From Gemmatales bacterium (GTDB lineage Bacteria; Planctomycetota; Planctomycetia; Gemmatales; HRBIN36), in NCBI GenBank assembly GCA_041640595.1, contig JBEPZY010000001.1, forward strand, positions 544,001 through 608,000: a DNA stretch of 64,000 nucleotides, in the 5' to 3' direction. Below the pieces are notes generated by a model. That model saw nothing but the letters and a program-made list of their open reading frames with translations, did no database searches and had not been told where the DNA came from. Below are positions 1-10,017 of the stretch, piece after piece; positions within the stretch are counted from its first letter, which is position 1; each line of letters opens with the position of its first letter. The translations under genes and the position numbers were made by a program.

Positions 1-2778
1 TTGCTCACGCTGCGTTTGCCGTTGCCGGGTTAGCTCGGCAATCATGCGGCGGCATTCGTAAATACGCCGTTCTGCTTCCTCCTTTCTCCGAGCCGCTTCC
101 GCCCATTCCTGACCTGCCCGAAGAGCAGCCAGCAGGGCGACACAGGTTCGTTCTTCCAGAGCCTGGCATTGTGCGGCCACCGAATGAATGGTTTGGCGGC
201 GCTCCTGGAGTTCGCGTGTGGCTTGCTGCAACTGATGTTCTGCGGAGCGGGCACGTTCTTCAGCGGCTGCCAGTGCCGACTGAGCCTCTCGCAGGGTTTG
301 CTCTTGGGCCTGTTGCTGATGGAGTAGCTGACTTATCTCGGCTTCCAGTTCTTCCAGGTGCTTGTGCCAGGCTTGCAATTGCTGCTCGGTTTGAGTTTGC
401 TGCTGCTGGGCTTGTTGTTGCTGCCGGGCAAGTTCCTGCAGTTCCTGCTCCAGATGTGTCAGTTCGAGCTGGCCAAGCTCAATTTCTTCGCGCAGGCTTT
501 GCTGTCGCTGACGCTGCTGCTGCAACCGCGACCGCAGATCCGCCGCTTGCTCCATCAGAACACGCAGCTCCTGTTGCGCTTCCTCGTCGAGTTGTTCCAA
601 TCGTAGCCACTGCTGGCGCTGTTCTTCAATTTGCGACTGAAGCTGGGCGATCTGTTCGTCGCGATCGGCTAGAAGTTGCTGCAATTCTCGCAAGGCGCTT
701 TTGCGCGAGAGTAACCCGGTATCGCTTCCCTGACCGCGAACAGTCAGCGAACCATCAGCTTCCAGCAGTTCTCCTTGCAAGGTTACGAAACGAAAACCCG
801 GCAACAGAGCGGCCAGTTGTTGGGCAGCCGGCAAATCGCGCACGACCAGAGTGTGATACAAAAGCTGCCAGGGCAAATCGGCTAACTCAGGGTGCGAGGC
901 GTGTAGCAGCTGAGCAGCGCAGGCCAGTAAATCAGGGTGATTCGGCAAACCGTCTGGCAAACGGGGATAGTTCACCGGCAGTTGCTGCAACAGTGCTTGG
1001 CGTCGCCTGGCGATTTCCTCATGGGAAAAGAGCGGCAGGAACGTAACCGGACCCGTCAACGTCGCCGCCAGTTCCGCTTTGCAGGCTTCCCACGCTTGCA
1101 GGTCGCGGACCAAAATGGCTTCTGCGGTACGCCCCAGCGCCAGTTCGACAATCGGCGCGTACTCGCGGGAAACGCTGACCAGATCGGCCACCAGACCGAT
1201 GATGGTCTGCCCGGCAGGATCATGTTCCCTCGCCCATTGCAAAACCTGTCGAACCCCCGCTCCTACGCCTTCCAGAGAAGTTTCGAGAGCCTGCAGCATC
1301 TCCGCCTGAGCAGCATAGGCGGAGCGTTGCTCTTTGAGCTGAGCCAGGGCCTGGTTGAGTTGTTCGATACGCTGGCGGGTTTCATCCCGGCGTTGGCGTA
1401 CTTCCTGACAGGTTTGCCGAGCTGCTGCCAGGACGTTTTGCATTTCTGATTCCGCCCTTTCGAGGGCTCGGCTCTCAGAATCGATCTGCTCGAGGGACTG
1501 CGAGGTTTGCGTGTGTCGATCCCGCAACCGTTCCCGTTGGGCCAGGAGACTTTTACGCTGAGCTTCCAGGCTGACGACCTCGTTGGCCCAGTGTGCGGCT
1601 TGCCGCATCAGTTCCAGCAACTGGTTTTTATCTTCCTGAAGCTGACGGCGGCGATCTGCCAGCGTGTCAACGATTTGTCTCAGTGCTTGCTGACTCGCGG
1701 CAACCAACGTGCGACGTTGCTCTGCCTCCTGTCGGCGTCGGTGATACTCTTCCTGGCATCGCTGGTAGGTTTGCTCGGCACTGGCAAGTAAACGGTCGCC
1801 GTGAACATACTGTTCGGCCAGTTGCAGAGTTTGCTCGCGCAACTGCTGGGCGACGCGGCTCTCGTGTTCGGCTGCGGTACGGGCACTGGCGATGCCTTGC
1901 CGAGCCTGCGAGACTGTCTCCTCTTCCTGATGAAGCCTGAGTTCCTGTTGCTGTAATGCCTGTTCCAGCTGGGCGATTGCTTCCTCCGCCTGGGTGACGC
2001 TGGCAGCGAAGGTTTCGAGTTGCTGGCGTAGCTGGTCTCCTTCGACCTGTGCCTGCTGCCACTGGGTATAGGTCTCGTGGCAATCGAGTAAGCTGAGCTG
2101 GACACGCTTGTCGCGCAACAGCTGCATCCATTCACGGTAGCGTTGTGCCTTACCAGCCTGTTGGCGCACGTTGCGCAATTGCCGTTCTACTTCCGCGTGA
2201 ATGTCCTGCAGTCGCTGGAGATTTTCCTGCACCCGTTCGAGTTTTCGCAGGGCTTCCTGTTTTTTGGCTTTGAAACGGCTGATACCGGCGGCTTCCTCAA
2301 AAAAAGCCCGGCGTTCCGTGGGCGAGGCCGCCAGGAAAAGGTCCACTTTGCCCTGTTCGATGATGCAATAGGTGTCGCCACCCAGACCGCTACCGAGGAA
2401 CAATTCCTTGATGTCGCGCAAACGTGCCGGCTGACGGTTGATGAGATACTCTCCATGTCCGTCACGGTAAACCCGCCGGGTAATTGCCACTTCGTCGCTA
2501 TCCACGGGCAACAGCCGTCGGGAGTTATCCAGGGTGAGCGTTACCTCGGCCATACCTAAACTGCGGCGAGTCGGGGAACCGTTGAAAATCACATCGGTCA
2601 TTTCGCCCCCCCGCAAACTCTTGGCACTCTGCTCACCGAGAATCCAGCGGACAGCATCCACGATGTTGCTTTTGCCACTGCCATTAGGCCCCACAATGGC
2701 AGTGATGCCTGGGCCAAACTCCAGGACCGTTTTATCCGCAAAGCTCTTGAAGCCGATTAACTCCAGACGCTTGAGCAT
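1..2778 (-). CDS. smc: Chromosome segregation protein SMC (3' part runs off the window)
   Basis: Not in the ORF track. Manual translation from the ATG at 2778 gives MLKRLELIGFKSFADKT...IVGPNGSGKSNIVDAVRWILGEQSAKSLRGGEMTDVIFNGS (SMC head, Walker A). The same frame gives a hinge-like EGVGAGVRQVL...IIGLVADLVSVSREYAPIVELALG near 1130-1275 and Q/E/R/L-rich coiled coil. The frame was spot-checked, not read codon by codon. Confidence 0.95.
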   Translation of the reverse strand, partial: MLKRLELIGFKSFADKTVLEFGPGITAIVGPNGSGKSNIVDAVRWILGEQSAKSLRGGEMTDVIFNGSPTRRSLGMAEVTLTLDNSRRLLPVDSDEVAITRRVYRDGHGEYLINRQPARLRDIKELFLGSGLGGDTYCIIEQGKVDLFLAASPTERRAFFEEAAGISRFKAKKQEALRKLERVQENLQRLQDIHAEVERQLRNVRQQAGKAQRYREWMQLLRDKRVQLSLLDCHETYTQWQQAQVEGDQLRQQLETFAASVTQAEEAIAQLEQALQQQELRLHQEEETVSQARQGIASARTAAEHESRVAQQLREQTLQLAEQYVHGDRLLASAEQTYQRCQEEYHRRRQEAEQRRTLVAASQQALRQIVDTLADRRRQLQEDKNQLLELMRQAAHWANEVVSLEAQRKSLLAQRERLRDRHTQTSQSLEQIDSESRALERAESEMQNVLAAARQTCQEVRQRRDETRQRIEQLNQALAQLKEQRSAYAAQAEMLQALETSLEGVGAGVRQVLQWAREHDPAGQTIIGLVADLVSVSREYAPIVELALGRTAEAILVRDLQAWEACKAELAATLTGPVTFLPLFSHEEIARRRQALLQQLPVNYPRLPDGLPNHPDLLACAAQLLHASHPELADLPWQLLYHTLVVRDLPAAQQLAALLPGFRFVTLQGELLEADGSLTVRGQGSDTGLLSRKSALRELQQLLADRDEQIAQLQSQIEEQRQQWLRLEQLDEEAQQELRVLMEQAADLRSRLQQQRQRQQSLREEIELGQLELTHLEQELQELARQQQQAQQQQTQTEQQLQAWHKHLEELEAEISQLLHQQQAQEQTLREAQSALAAAEERARSAEHQLQQATRELQERRQTIHSVAAQCQALEERTCVALLAALRAGQEWAEAARRKEEAERRIYECRRMIAELTRQRQTQREQ

Positions 2779-2939
2779 TGCTTGCCGGGCTCCGATTCCA
2801 TCAGTGCTCCAGTAAGGGTTTTCGATGCATCATACGCCAACCACAGATTTTGCCTACGGCTTTTTTGCTCAGCCTGCAACTGCATAAACTTCCAGGCTAG
2901 TTGCGTTGTATGAAATCTGACCCAGGCGAACGCTTTTGT

Positions 2940-4730
2940 CTAGCGCTGAAGCTCGGCGTCGTTACGGCGGATGCGAAACGGATTGAAGAACAGGTTGGGC
3001 AGGGCTCCCAGTGTGGATTCGCTCTCCTGATCAGCAGCAGTGTCCTGCGTGGAAAGAATTCCAGCCAGCGCCAGTTCCCGGACGGACACGGCTTCTGGCA
3101 GCGCGTCAATGGCCAGGCGGCAGGACAGGCACTTGCTCCTCTCCGCCTGCACCAGAAACTCCACTATATCGGGATAAGTCGCCCCAAGGGAAGCCAGTGT
3201 GTGAATTACATCTTCCACCTGAAGCGAACTGTACTCCCGCCGCGGGCCGCCTTCAACGGAAAATCGAGAAACAATGCACCGATCGTCATTCGCGCGGGCG
3301 GTGACAGCATATTCCTGACCCGCCTGCAAACTGAACGGCGGAATCAATACCGGAGACTCTCCGAAAATGACTACTTCTGCCCGACTGGTAGTGGAAATGT
3401 GTACCATTCCTGGAGAATCTGGTGCGACGCGATGCAGATAAAAACTGTTGTTCAAATGCTCTCCCTGCAACGTTGGATCGCGTGCGTCCAGGTGACGTAA
3501 AGCGCGGAAAGCGCCGTAACGCACGCTGGCAGCTGGATGGTGCATGAGTTCCTGGAGTTTTACCCGACTGATAGCCTCGTCCAGGCTCGCCAGAGCAGCT
3601 AAAGCATAAGCCTGGAAAAGCGGCTCATCGGCAACGCACCGGGCCAGCACTTCACCCGCCGCTGCCTCGCCCAAATAAGCGAGAGATTCTGCGGCAGCAA
3701 ACCTTACCAGCGGATGCTGAGCTTCCAGAGCCGTCTTCAACACGGGCACTGCTTCCGGGCCTATCGCTTCCAGTTTCAATGCCGCCGCAATGCACTTGGC
3801 TGGGTTGTGCAGGTCGTCTCGGAGTTGTTCCAGGGTTTGCGTACGCGAGGCGGAGCTGTGCAGCGGTATTTGTCGCACTACCCGCAGATAACGGGGCCAG
3901 TTGAGTTGATAGGTGAGCGGTACTTTGAGAAAGACCTGCAAATTGTTCTTAGCGGTCGCCATGCCGCGCACGCCGCCACGAAATGGCCCGTAAAAACGCT
4001 CATTGATACGGTCAGCAACGATCTTGGCAATGCGGCCATCCTGGTAGTCTTTCTGCAACAACAGCACGAAATCTCGATCCACCAGCGACCGACCACCGCT
4101 CCAGATTCGTCCCGCGCGAAGCCGATTGGACGCACCGTTTCCATCCAGACCAACCAGAACAGGCCCTTGAGCCACGGCTAGGGCATGCCCTCGAATAGCA
4201 CCGCCTGGGCCTTCGCCACCGCGAAGCATGCGGGCATCGGCAAACTCGTACAATTCGCATCGTCGCAACACGCCGCCTCGCAAACTGGTGGTGCGATCTT
4301 TTTCCGGCACAGCCACAGCCACATCAATGCGGTCGCCCTTGTGAATACCGGGCATCAGAACGGCCGAGACCACGACAACGGCTGTATTGCCACTGGCGAG
4401 AAAGCGAGCCGGGTCCTCGATGCCTTGCTGCTTGAGCAGGTGGATCGCCTGGCGGCGAAGTTCTCCGGGTGGAGGGTCGCTGCCGGTGCCCGGTAAGTTT
4501 TCGATTACGCCAACGCCGTAAACGGTGACCGGCTGGGCGCCCCAAACTACGGTTACATCGCCGATAGTTTTACCAGCAACGCGTGGCGGTTTGTCGGGCG
4601 GCTTTGCTGCTTCATCCCCAGGCCAGTGAAACATCGGTGCAGTGCAGCCGACCATCACAGCCAGCGCTATCAGCAGCGCATTGAGAGCAATATGACAGGC
4701 AAGGTTCGATTTCCTGATTTCTCCGCTCAT
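2940..4730 (-). CDS. FlgI (P-ring)-domain lipoprotein with HEAT-like repeats
   Basis: Lipobox-like LAVMVGC; FlgI-like N-terminal segment (VYGVGVIENLPGTGSD, NTAVVVVSAVL, GDRIDVAV, TTSLRGGVL); HEAT/PBS-like repeats (ALKLEAIG, VRFAAAESLAYLG, VRYGAFRALR). Confidence 0.75.
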   Translation of the reverse strand: MSGEIRKSNLACHIALNALLIALAVMVGCTAPMFHWPGDEAAKPPDKPPRVAGKTIGDVTVVWGAQPVTVYGVGVIENLPGTGSDPPPGELRRQAIHLLKQQGIEDPARFLASGNTAVVVVSAVLMPGIHKGDRIDVAVAVPEKDRTTSLRGGVLRRCELYEFADARMLRGGEGPGGAIRGHALAVAQGPVLVGLDGNGASNRLRAGRIWSGGRSLVDRDFVLLLQKDYQDGRIAKIVADRINERFYGPFRGGVRGMATAKNNLQVFLKVPLTYQLNWPRYLRVVRQIPLHSSASRTQTLEQLRDDLHNPAKCIAAALKLEAIGPEAVPVLKTALEAQHPLVRFAAAESLAYLGEAAAGEVLARCVADEPLFQAYALAALASLDEAISRVKLQELMHHPAASVRYGAFRALRHLDARDPTLQGEHLNNSFYLHRVAPDSPGMVHISTTSRAEVVIFGESPVLIPPFSLQAGQEYAVTARANDDRCIVSRFSVEGGPRREYSSLQVEDVIHTLASLGATYPDIVEFLVQAERSKCLSCRLAIDALPEAVSVRELALAGILSTQDTAADQESESTLGALPNLFFNPFRIRRNDAELQR

Positions 4731-5251
4731 AGGTTCGCCACGCTCATAACTAATTTCCCTCGCCCGTCAAGCCATTTCGGCGAATACTCTCGTTCATCTC
4801 GTGAATTGAACCACGTGGGCAGCTTAGCTGGGCGAATGGTGCGTATCTGACGGCACTGCAGGACCGCCGATTCGCTCCGGAAACACCAGAATTCGACTGC
4901 CTGCGACCTTTCGATCCAACGCGGAAGGTGGCACCCAGTCTGCGTAGAGATGGCGTCAACGTCTTGCGGAACGCTTGCCGCCTTCGATTGGTTCGGGATT
5001 CGGCGGATTTGACCGTTTGGCAGTTACACTCCTCAGTAGCTTGCACGCTCATAAACCACTGGCGAGTCGGTAGAATGGACTGTCTGGCGGGCTTGCCACT
5101 CGCAACAGGGCAGGCTGTCTTATTAGCCGAGACCTGCGCTCGACCTGAAAAACCGGAAAAACGGACAAGCTGATAGCTGCTGCGAATGACAATCGGTCAG
5201 ACGGGCTTGCCAACCCAGTGGGTCTGGTTAGGATTAATACGCACCAAAGAT

Positions 5252-5326
5252 GGTGAGAGTAGCTCAACTGGTTAGAGCACCAGACTGTGGATCTGGGGGT
5301 TGGGGGTTCGAGTCCCCTCTCTCACC
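5252..5326 (+). tRNA. tRNA-His (GTG), with G-1; CCA not encoded
   Basis: Cloverleaf: acceptor GTGAGAG/CTCTCAC, D arm GCTC..GAGC, anticodon arm CCAGA-CTGTGGA-TCTGG, T loop TTCGAGT. Extra 5' G and C discriminator are typical of tRNA-His. Confidence 0.96.
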
Positions 5327-5348
5327 CTGAGCAATTGCGGAAGCACTT

Positions 5349-7226
5349 ATGGGCAAGGATGCCACTGCGAGCTGTACGCCAACCTGCTGGGACATGCTGG
5401 CGATCGTGTTGACTGCCAGCATGTGTTTGTTTCCAAACCTCGGCGAGCACAGTTTGTGGGACGTTGACGAGGCCCGTAATGCCGAGTGTGCCCGAGAAAT
5501 GTGGGAGGCTGGTGATTGGATTGTGCCCACGTTTAACTTCGAGTTGCGCACCGATAAACCCATCCTACCCTACTGGGCCATGATGCTTGCTTTCGCCTGC
5601 GGTGGCGTGAATGAATGGATGGCCCGGTTACCGTCAGCATTTGCGGCGCTGGCAACGAGTTTGCTGACCTGGTGGCTTGGGCGGGAGATGTTCGGTCGTT
5701 GGGCCGGATTGCTGGCGGGCCTGTTATTACCAGGAGCCGTGCTATTCAACGTTTTGGGTCACGCAGTAACGCCAGATGCTCTGTTGATTTTGTGGACCAC
5801 TGCCGCGCTCACCAGTGCCTGGTGGGGAACTGAATATGGAAACAGAAGCTGGCTGGCCTGGTTCGGTTTGTTTACGGGACTGGCCACGCTTACGAAAGGA
5901 CTGGTCGGCGTGTTACTGCCGATGACCGCGGTGGGCCTGTTTCTCATCTGGGAAAGGAAACTGTCTATACTTGCCAGCCGCTGGCTTATTTTGGGTGTCG
6001 GGATTTTGCTGACAGTAGCTTTGCCGTGGTACATAGCCGTCGGGGTGGCGACCAAAGGTGACTGGCTGATTGGCTTTTTCGGTCGCCATCATCTGGAGCG
6101 ATTCACCAGTCCTCTGGAGGGCCACAGTGGCGGCATCTGGTATCATCCGCTGATGCTGCAATTCGGATTTGCTCCCTGGTCTGGATGGTTGCTGGTGGCC
6201 TTATGGTTGGCTTTGCGAGAATTATGGCGCTGGCGGCGTGCCGTTGCTGAGGCAGGCTTGTTTTCGGGTGAGCTGACCGAGAGGCTGACTCAAAAGCAAG
6301 TTCGTTCACTGCGTTTCCTGCTTTGCTGGATCGCCACATGGATAATCTTCTTCTCCTGTGCGCAGACGAAGTTGCCCAATTACATCGCCCCCATTTACCC
6401 GGCACTGGCACTACTCTGCGGATGGTGGCTGGCATTCTGGACAGATTACCGCCTGAGTGTTCCCGACTGGCTCCTGGGTATAACGTTGCTGGGTTTGGGC
6501 ATAGTTGGTCTGGTGGTCTCCGCCGGATTGGTGCTGGCTTGTGGATGGATACCGCTGGAGGTATTGCAGGGGCGCACGATTCCTGGCCTGGCCTGGCTTA
6601 CCTGGCTGGGAGCGGTACCGATACTCGGTGCTGGTTACGCATGGAAATCGTGGCGTGCCGACCGCCGTCGGTCAGCGATTCTGGGTGCGATTGTGAGTGG
6701 TTTGCTATTCGTTGCTGTCGGAGCGGCGTTTGGGCCGGTGCTCGTGGATTCCGCCAAAATCTCCCATCGCCTCGGTCAAGCTATCGCTGCACAACAAAAG
6801 GAGCCGGAAATCCGCGTGGCCTGTTACGGATGGTTCCAGCCCAGCGTCGTTTTTTACGTTGGCCGACCGATTGCCAACTTACGTCAAAGCGAGCATGCTC
6901 GTGATTGGCTGGAACATCCGCTGGAGAGCTACCTGATAGTGTCCGAACCCTGGTGGGAAGAACGACTTCTCCCTGAATTGCGGAGCCCTTACACAGTTCT
7001 GGGATGCTACTGGGACTTCAGCCGTCGGCGTGCCGTCTTGCTGGTGGTAAATCGGCCAGAGCCAGTAAAGGCCGAGCTGGAAGCCGGCATTACTCCGCCA
7101 GCAGGCAATACAGTTGCGCGAGATGATGCCAGGCGGAAACGCCAGGCAGAGCCGCCGCTGCTTGCGCCAGGGCTTCACGAGCACTGCGTAAACGACCTAG
7201 AAGTAGCAGGGAAAGGCCGCGATTGA
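5349..7226 (+). CDS. ArnT/PMT-like GT-C glycosyltransferase
   Basis: WDVDEARNAECAREM, DKPILPYW, ARLPSA, LTKGLVG and TKLPNYIAPIYPALALL motifs; many hydrophobic segments. Start uncertain. Confidence 0.88.
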   Translation: MGKDATASCTPTCWDMLAIVLTASMCLFPNLGEHSLWDVDEARNAECAREMWEAGDWIVPTFNFELRTDKPILPYWAMMLAFACGGVNEWMARLPSAFAALATSLLTWWLGREMFGRWAGLLAGLLLPGAVLFNVLGHAVTPDALLILWTTAALTSAWWGTEYGNRSWLAWFGLFTGLATLTKGLVGVLLPMTAVGLFLIWERKLSILASRWLILGVGILLTVALPWYIAVGVATKGDWLIGFFGRHHLERFTSPLEGHSGGIWYHPLMLQFGFAPWSGWLLVALWLALRELWRWRRAVAEAGLFSGELTERLTQKQVRSLRFLLCWIATWIIFFSCAQTKLPNYIAPIYPALALLCGWWLAFWTDYRLSVPDWLLGITLLGLGIVGLVVSAGLVLACGWIPLEVLQGRTIPGLAWLTWLGAVPILGAGYAWKSWRADRRRSAILGAIVSGLLFVAVGAAFGPVLVDSAKISHRLGQAIAAQQKEPEIRVACYGWFQPSVVFYVGRPIANLRQSEHARDWLEHPLESYLIVSEPWWEERLLPELRSPYTVLGCYWDFSRRRAVLLVVNRPEPVKAELEAGITPPAGNTVARDDARRKRQAEPPLLAPGLHEHCVNDLEVAGKGRD

Positions 7227-7896
7227 AATTAACAGGCGGAAGCGGTTCGAGCCGGTTGAAAATATCGAGCGCGGTTTGGAAATCGCCTTCTTGCCAGGCC
7301 AGTGCAGCATCTTCGTTGGCCAGCAGCAAACGCCAGCTCGGCGGTGCCTGACTTTTGATGGCGCGGAATAACTGGCGAGCCTCGCTGGTCTGGCCAAGCA
7401 AGCGTAATACCGCAGCTGCGAACAGGGCTTCTGCCGGCCGACGGTGCATGAGCATCAACTCGCCCCAGTCCCACAAGCCGGTACTGCTCAGATTGGAGAC
7501 TGGCGGTTTCCAGTTTTGCCAGGTTTCGGGCGACACATCGGACAGTTCTCGCACCAGCTGCGGAAAATAACCCAAGGCCATCGGCACAAAAGGCATCGGT
7601 TCGACTCGCCGCACGATAATACTCCAATTCGGCAAGTCCCGCATTTGCCGGGCTTGAAACTGGGCACGCTCCGATGCTTCTTCGAGTAACCAGTTCGCCG
7701 ATGCCAGAGCGTCTTCCAGGGCAGTCCGTGGTTCAAGCAGGTTGACTTCGCCCGGATGGTATGGCTCTACTTCAGAATCGCCACTCGCGCAGGAACAACC
7801 TTCCAACACCTGCACCATCTGGAGACGTTTCAGGTAGTTGGTCAGCAGATGCGGCAATGGTGGCGGAGCTGCGTTTACTTTAGCCGGTTCGTACAT
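7090..7896 (-). CDS. Hypothetical protein with C-terminal TPR-like helices
   Basis: Start moved to the ATG at 7896 (GGAG RBS upstream). TPR-like LANEDAALAWQEGDFQTA and FNRGLSLLLLGR segments. Confidence 0.65.
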   Translation of the reverse strand: MYEPAKVNAAPPPLPHLLTNYLKRLQMVQVLEGCSCASGDSEVEPYHPGEVNLLEPRTALEDALASANWLLEEASERAQFQARQMRDLPNWSIIVRRVEPMPFVPMALGYFPQLVRELSDVSPETWQNWKPPVSNLSSTGLWDWGELMLMHRRPAEALFAAAVLRLLGQTSEARQLFRAIKSQAPPSWRLLLANEDAALAWQEGDFQTALDIFNRLEPLPPVNFNRGLSLLLLGRLRSAREALAQAAAALPGVSAWHHLAQLYCLLAE

Positions 7897-8343
7897 GGTC
7901 TTTCTCCAAAACTCAAAATCCCAGCCATGCCGGGCCAGTGGCAAGCACTGGTCAAAGCTTCTGTTCTAATCAATCCTCCGTAGATGGAAGGGCAACCGGG
8001 CTTTACAAGCATTCGTTATCGATCCCGTCTTGATAGGGATTGTTGCTTCGCATGTTGGCCCGTCGGAAAGAGGCGTATTCGAATGTAGCCGTTCCTGCGC
8101 TGCGAGCCAGAGCCACTTTCGCGGTCCTCACGACTACCAATTCATGATGGTCGCCCGTATAGAAAACGTGCACGGCGACCCGGCTTGCGCAGATTGCAAG
8201 CGCTTCAGAAAAATTCCGATGCAATGTGGAAACAACACCTCGGGCGAGATCGCTTGGCGACCCAATGACAGCTAACAGGCCAGCGGTTTTCGTGAGCGAT
8301 TTAGTGCTGTCCCCGCTTCCGTAATAGGCACCCGCTGACAGGC

Positions 8344-9789
8344 TCAGGCGGGGATTTCGAAGCCTTTGCGGTATTCGCGGGAGAGCAGTGCGTTGGCTTC
8401 GTTGTTGCCGACGAAGCGCTCTACTTTCGGGTCGAACTTCAGCAGTGGTCCTACCCGCAGCAGCTCCAGTTGCGTTACCTGGTTTTCGCGCAGATGTTCC
8501 ACCATTCGGGCAAAAGCTTCCTGGCCTTCCTTTGTGAGCTCCTTTTCAGCGCCCGGATAATAAGGTTTGCCCAAACGGTAACTGATATTGCCCAGGTGGC
8601 ACAGAGCGCTGGATAGATGGCCCTCCTCGATGTCGGCATGGAGGTCACTGGCTTTACGACTCTTGACGGCCTGGATGAAGTTGGCGAAATGATTGCCGCC
8701 TCCCTGGAACTTCTTGATCAGCTGGCCGTCCGGTGTGAACGCCGCCCCGCTGTTATAGTTCGTGCTGACGACGTAGCCCTTATCGCCATACCAGATGTTA
8801 CCGATGCGGCAGCCCAGCAAATCTTTGGTGGGCAAACCCCGCACTTCGAAAATGAGCTGGCTGTCGCCGTAGTCAAACACGCAAATTTGCGTATTGGCGG
8901 TTTCCCCGGCATCTTCGTAACCGACGCGACCACCGATGGAAATGACAGCCTGGCAGAGCGTGTTCTTTTGCAAGCCCCAGCGGGCCTTGTCCATTTCGTG
9001 AATGCCCTGATTGCCCAGATCGCCGTTGCCGTAATCCCAGAACCAGTGCCAATCGTAATGGAACCGTTTCCGCAGCACGGGTTTTTTCGGAGCAGGACCT
9101 AACCACAGGTCGTAATCCACCGTGCTGGGAGGCTCCGCAGTAACCCTGGGGCCGATGCTTGGCCTCGGTTTGTAACATAGACCGCGCGCCAGTGTAACCT
9201 TCCCAATGCCGCCGCTATGGATGAAAGCAAGGGTTTCACGCATTCCAGCCATAGACCGGCTTTGCGTTCCGGTTTGCACAATGCGGTTGTATTTACGGGC
9301 GAAATCCACTATCCGTCGGCCTTCCCAAACATTGTGGCTCACCGGCTTTTCGACGTAAACGTCTTTGCCCGCCTGAATCGCCCAGATAGCAGCTAGGGCA
9401 TGCCAGTGGTTCGGCGTGGCAATGGAAACCACGTCCACGTCTTTGCGCTCCAGCACCCGGCGAAGGTCCTGCACAAACTCAGGCACAAAACCCTGGCGAG
9501 CTTCTACTTCGGCCAACGTCTTTTTGACGTGTTCCATGCCGGGAACAGCTTTATCACAATCGCACATGACGGTCACGACCGTATCGGGCAACGCTGCATA
9601 TCCCGACAAGTGAGCGCGGCCCTGGCCATGGAAGCCGATAACCGCGACGCGAATGCGATCATTCGGGCCAGCTTTCCTGGCAGCGGCCTTTTCCTGGCTT
9701 GAGGCAGGCGTATCACCTGCGAAAACGGCGGCTGCTGACGCAAATACCACTGCATCCCGCACAAATTCTCGCCGATTGCCAAACCACAT
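8344..9789 (-). CDS. Gfo/Idh/MocA family oxidoreductase, Tat-exported
   Basis: Start at 9789 (AAGGAG RBS). Twin-arginine NRREFV; IATPNHWH, GKDVYVEKP and GDLGNQGIHEMD motifs. Confidence 0.92.
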   Translation of the reverse strand: MWFGNRREFVRDAVVFASAAAVFAGDTPASSQEKAAARKAGPNDRIRVAVIGFHGQGRAHLSGYAALPDTVVTVMCDCDKAVPGMEHVKKTLAEVEARQGFVPEFVQDLRRVLERKDVDVVSIATPNHWHALAAIWAIQAGKDVYVEKPVSHNVWEGRRIVDFARKYNRIVQTGTQSRSMAGMRETLAFIHSGGIGKVTLARGLCYKPRPSIGPRVTAEPPSTVDYDLWLGPAPKKPVLRKRFHYDWHWFWDYGNGDLGNQGIHEMDKARWGLQKNTLCQAVISIGGRVGYEDAGETANTQICVFDYGDSQLIFEVRGLPTKDLLGCRIGNIWYGDKGYVVSTNYNSGAAFTPDGQLIKKFQGGGNHFANFIQAVKSRKASDLHADIEEGHLSSALCHLGNISYRLGKPYYPGAEKELTKEGQEAFARMVEHLRENQVTQLELLRVGPLLKFDPKVERFVGNNEANALLSREYRKGFEIPA

Positions 9790-10017
9790 GATTCTTCTCC
9801 TTTTGCTGGGGGGAAGCAAGGGGAAGGTACCGTGCAAACTTAAGTAGTACTGCCGAGTGATACACATGGCAATGGTGACGACACTTGCTGAGGAACTGCT
9901 GTCCGGCCTAAAAAGTTGTAACTTCCGGCAAAATCTGCCACCGAACCACGTGTGCAAATGAAGGCGGCGCGCTTCCCCAATCAGGCCAACTGGCTATGTT
10001 TTGCACGAGATTTCCCG

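Noticed and set aside
171..2815. Several plus-strand ORFs (e.g. 171-1046, 937-1449, 2143-2559)
   Set aside because: Antisense shadows of smc, which the ORF track missed because it has no stop in the window.
5252..5348. tRNA-His (and tRNA-Pro) as integration sites for a genomic island
   Set aside because: No integrase and no duplicated tRNA 3' end seen in the window.
8003..8275. Short ORFs between the TPR-like and Gfo genes
   Set aside because: No RBS or recognisable motif; cannot be supported as coding.
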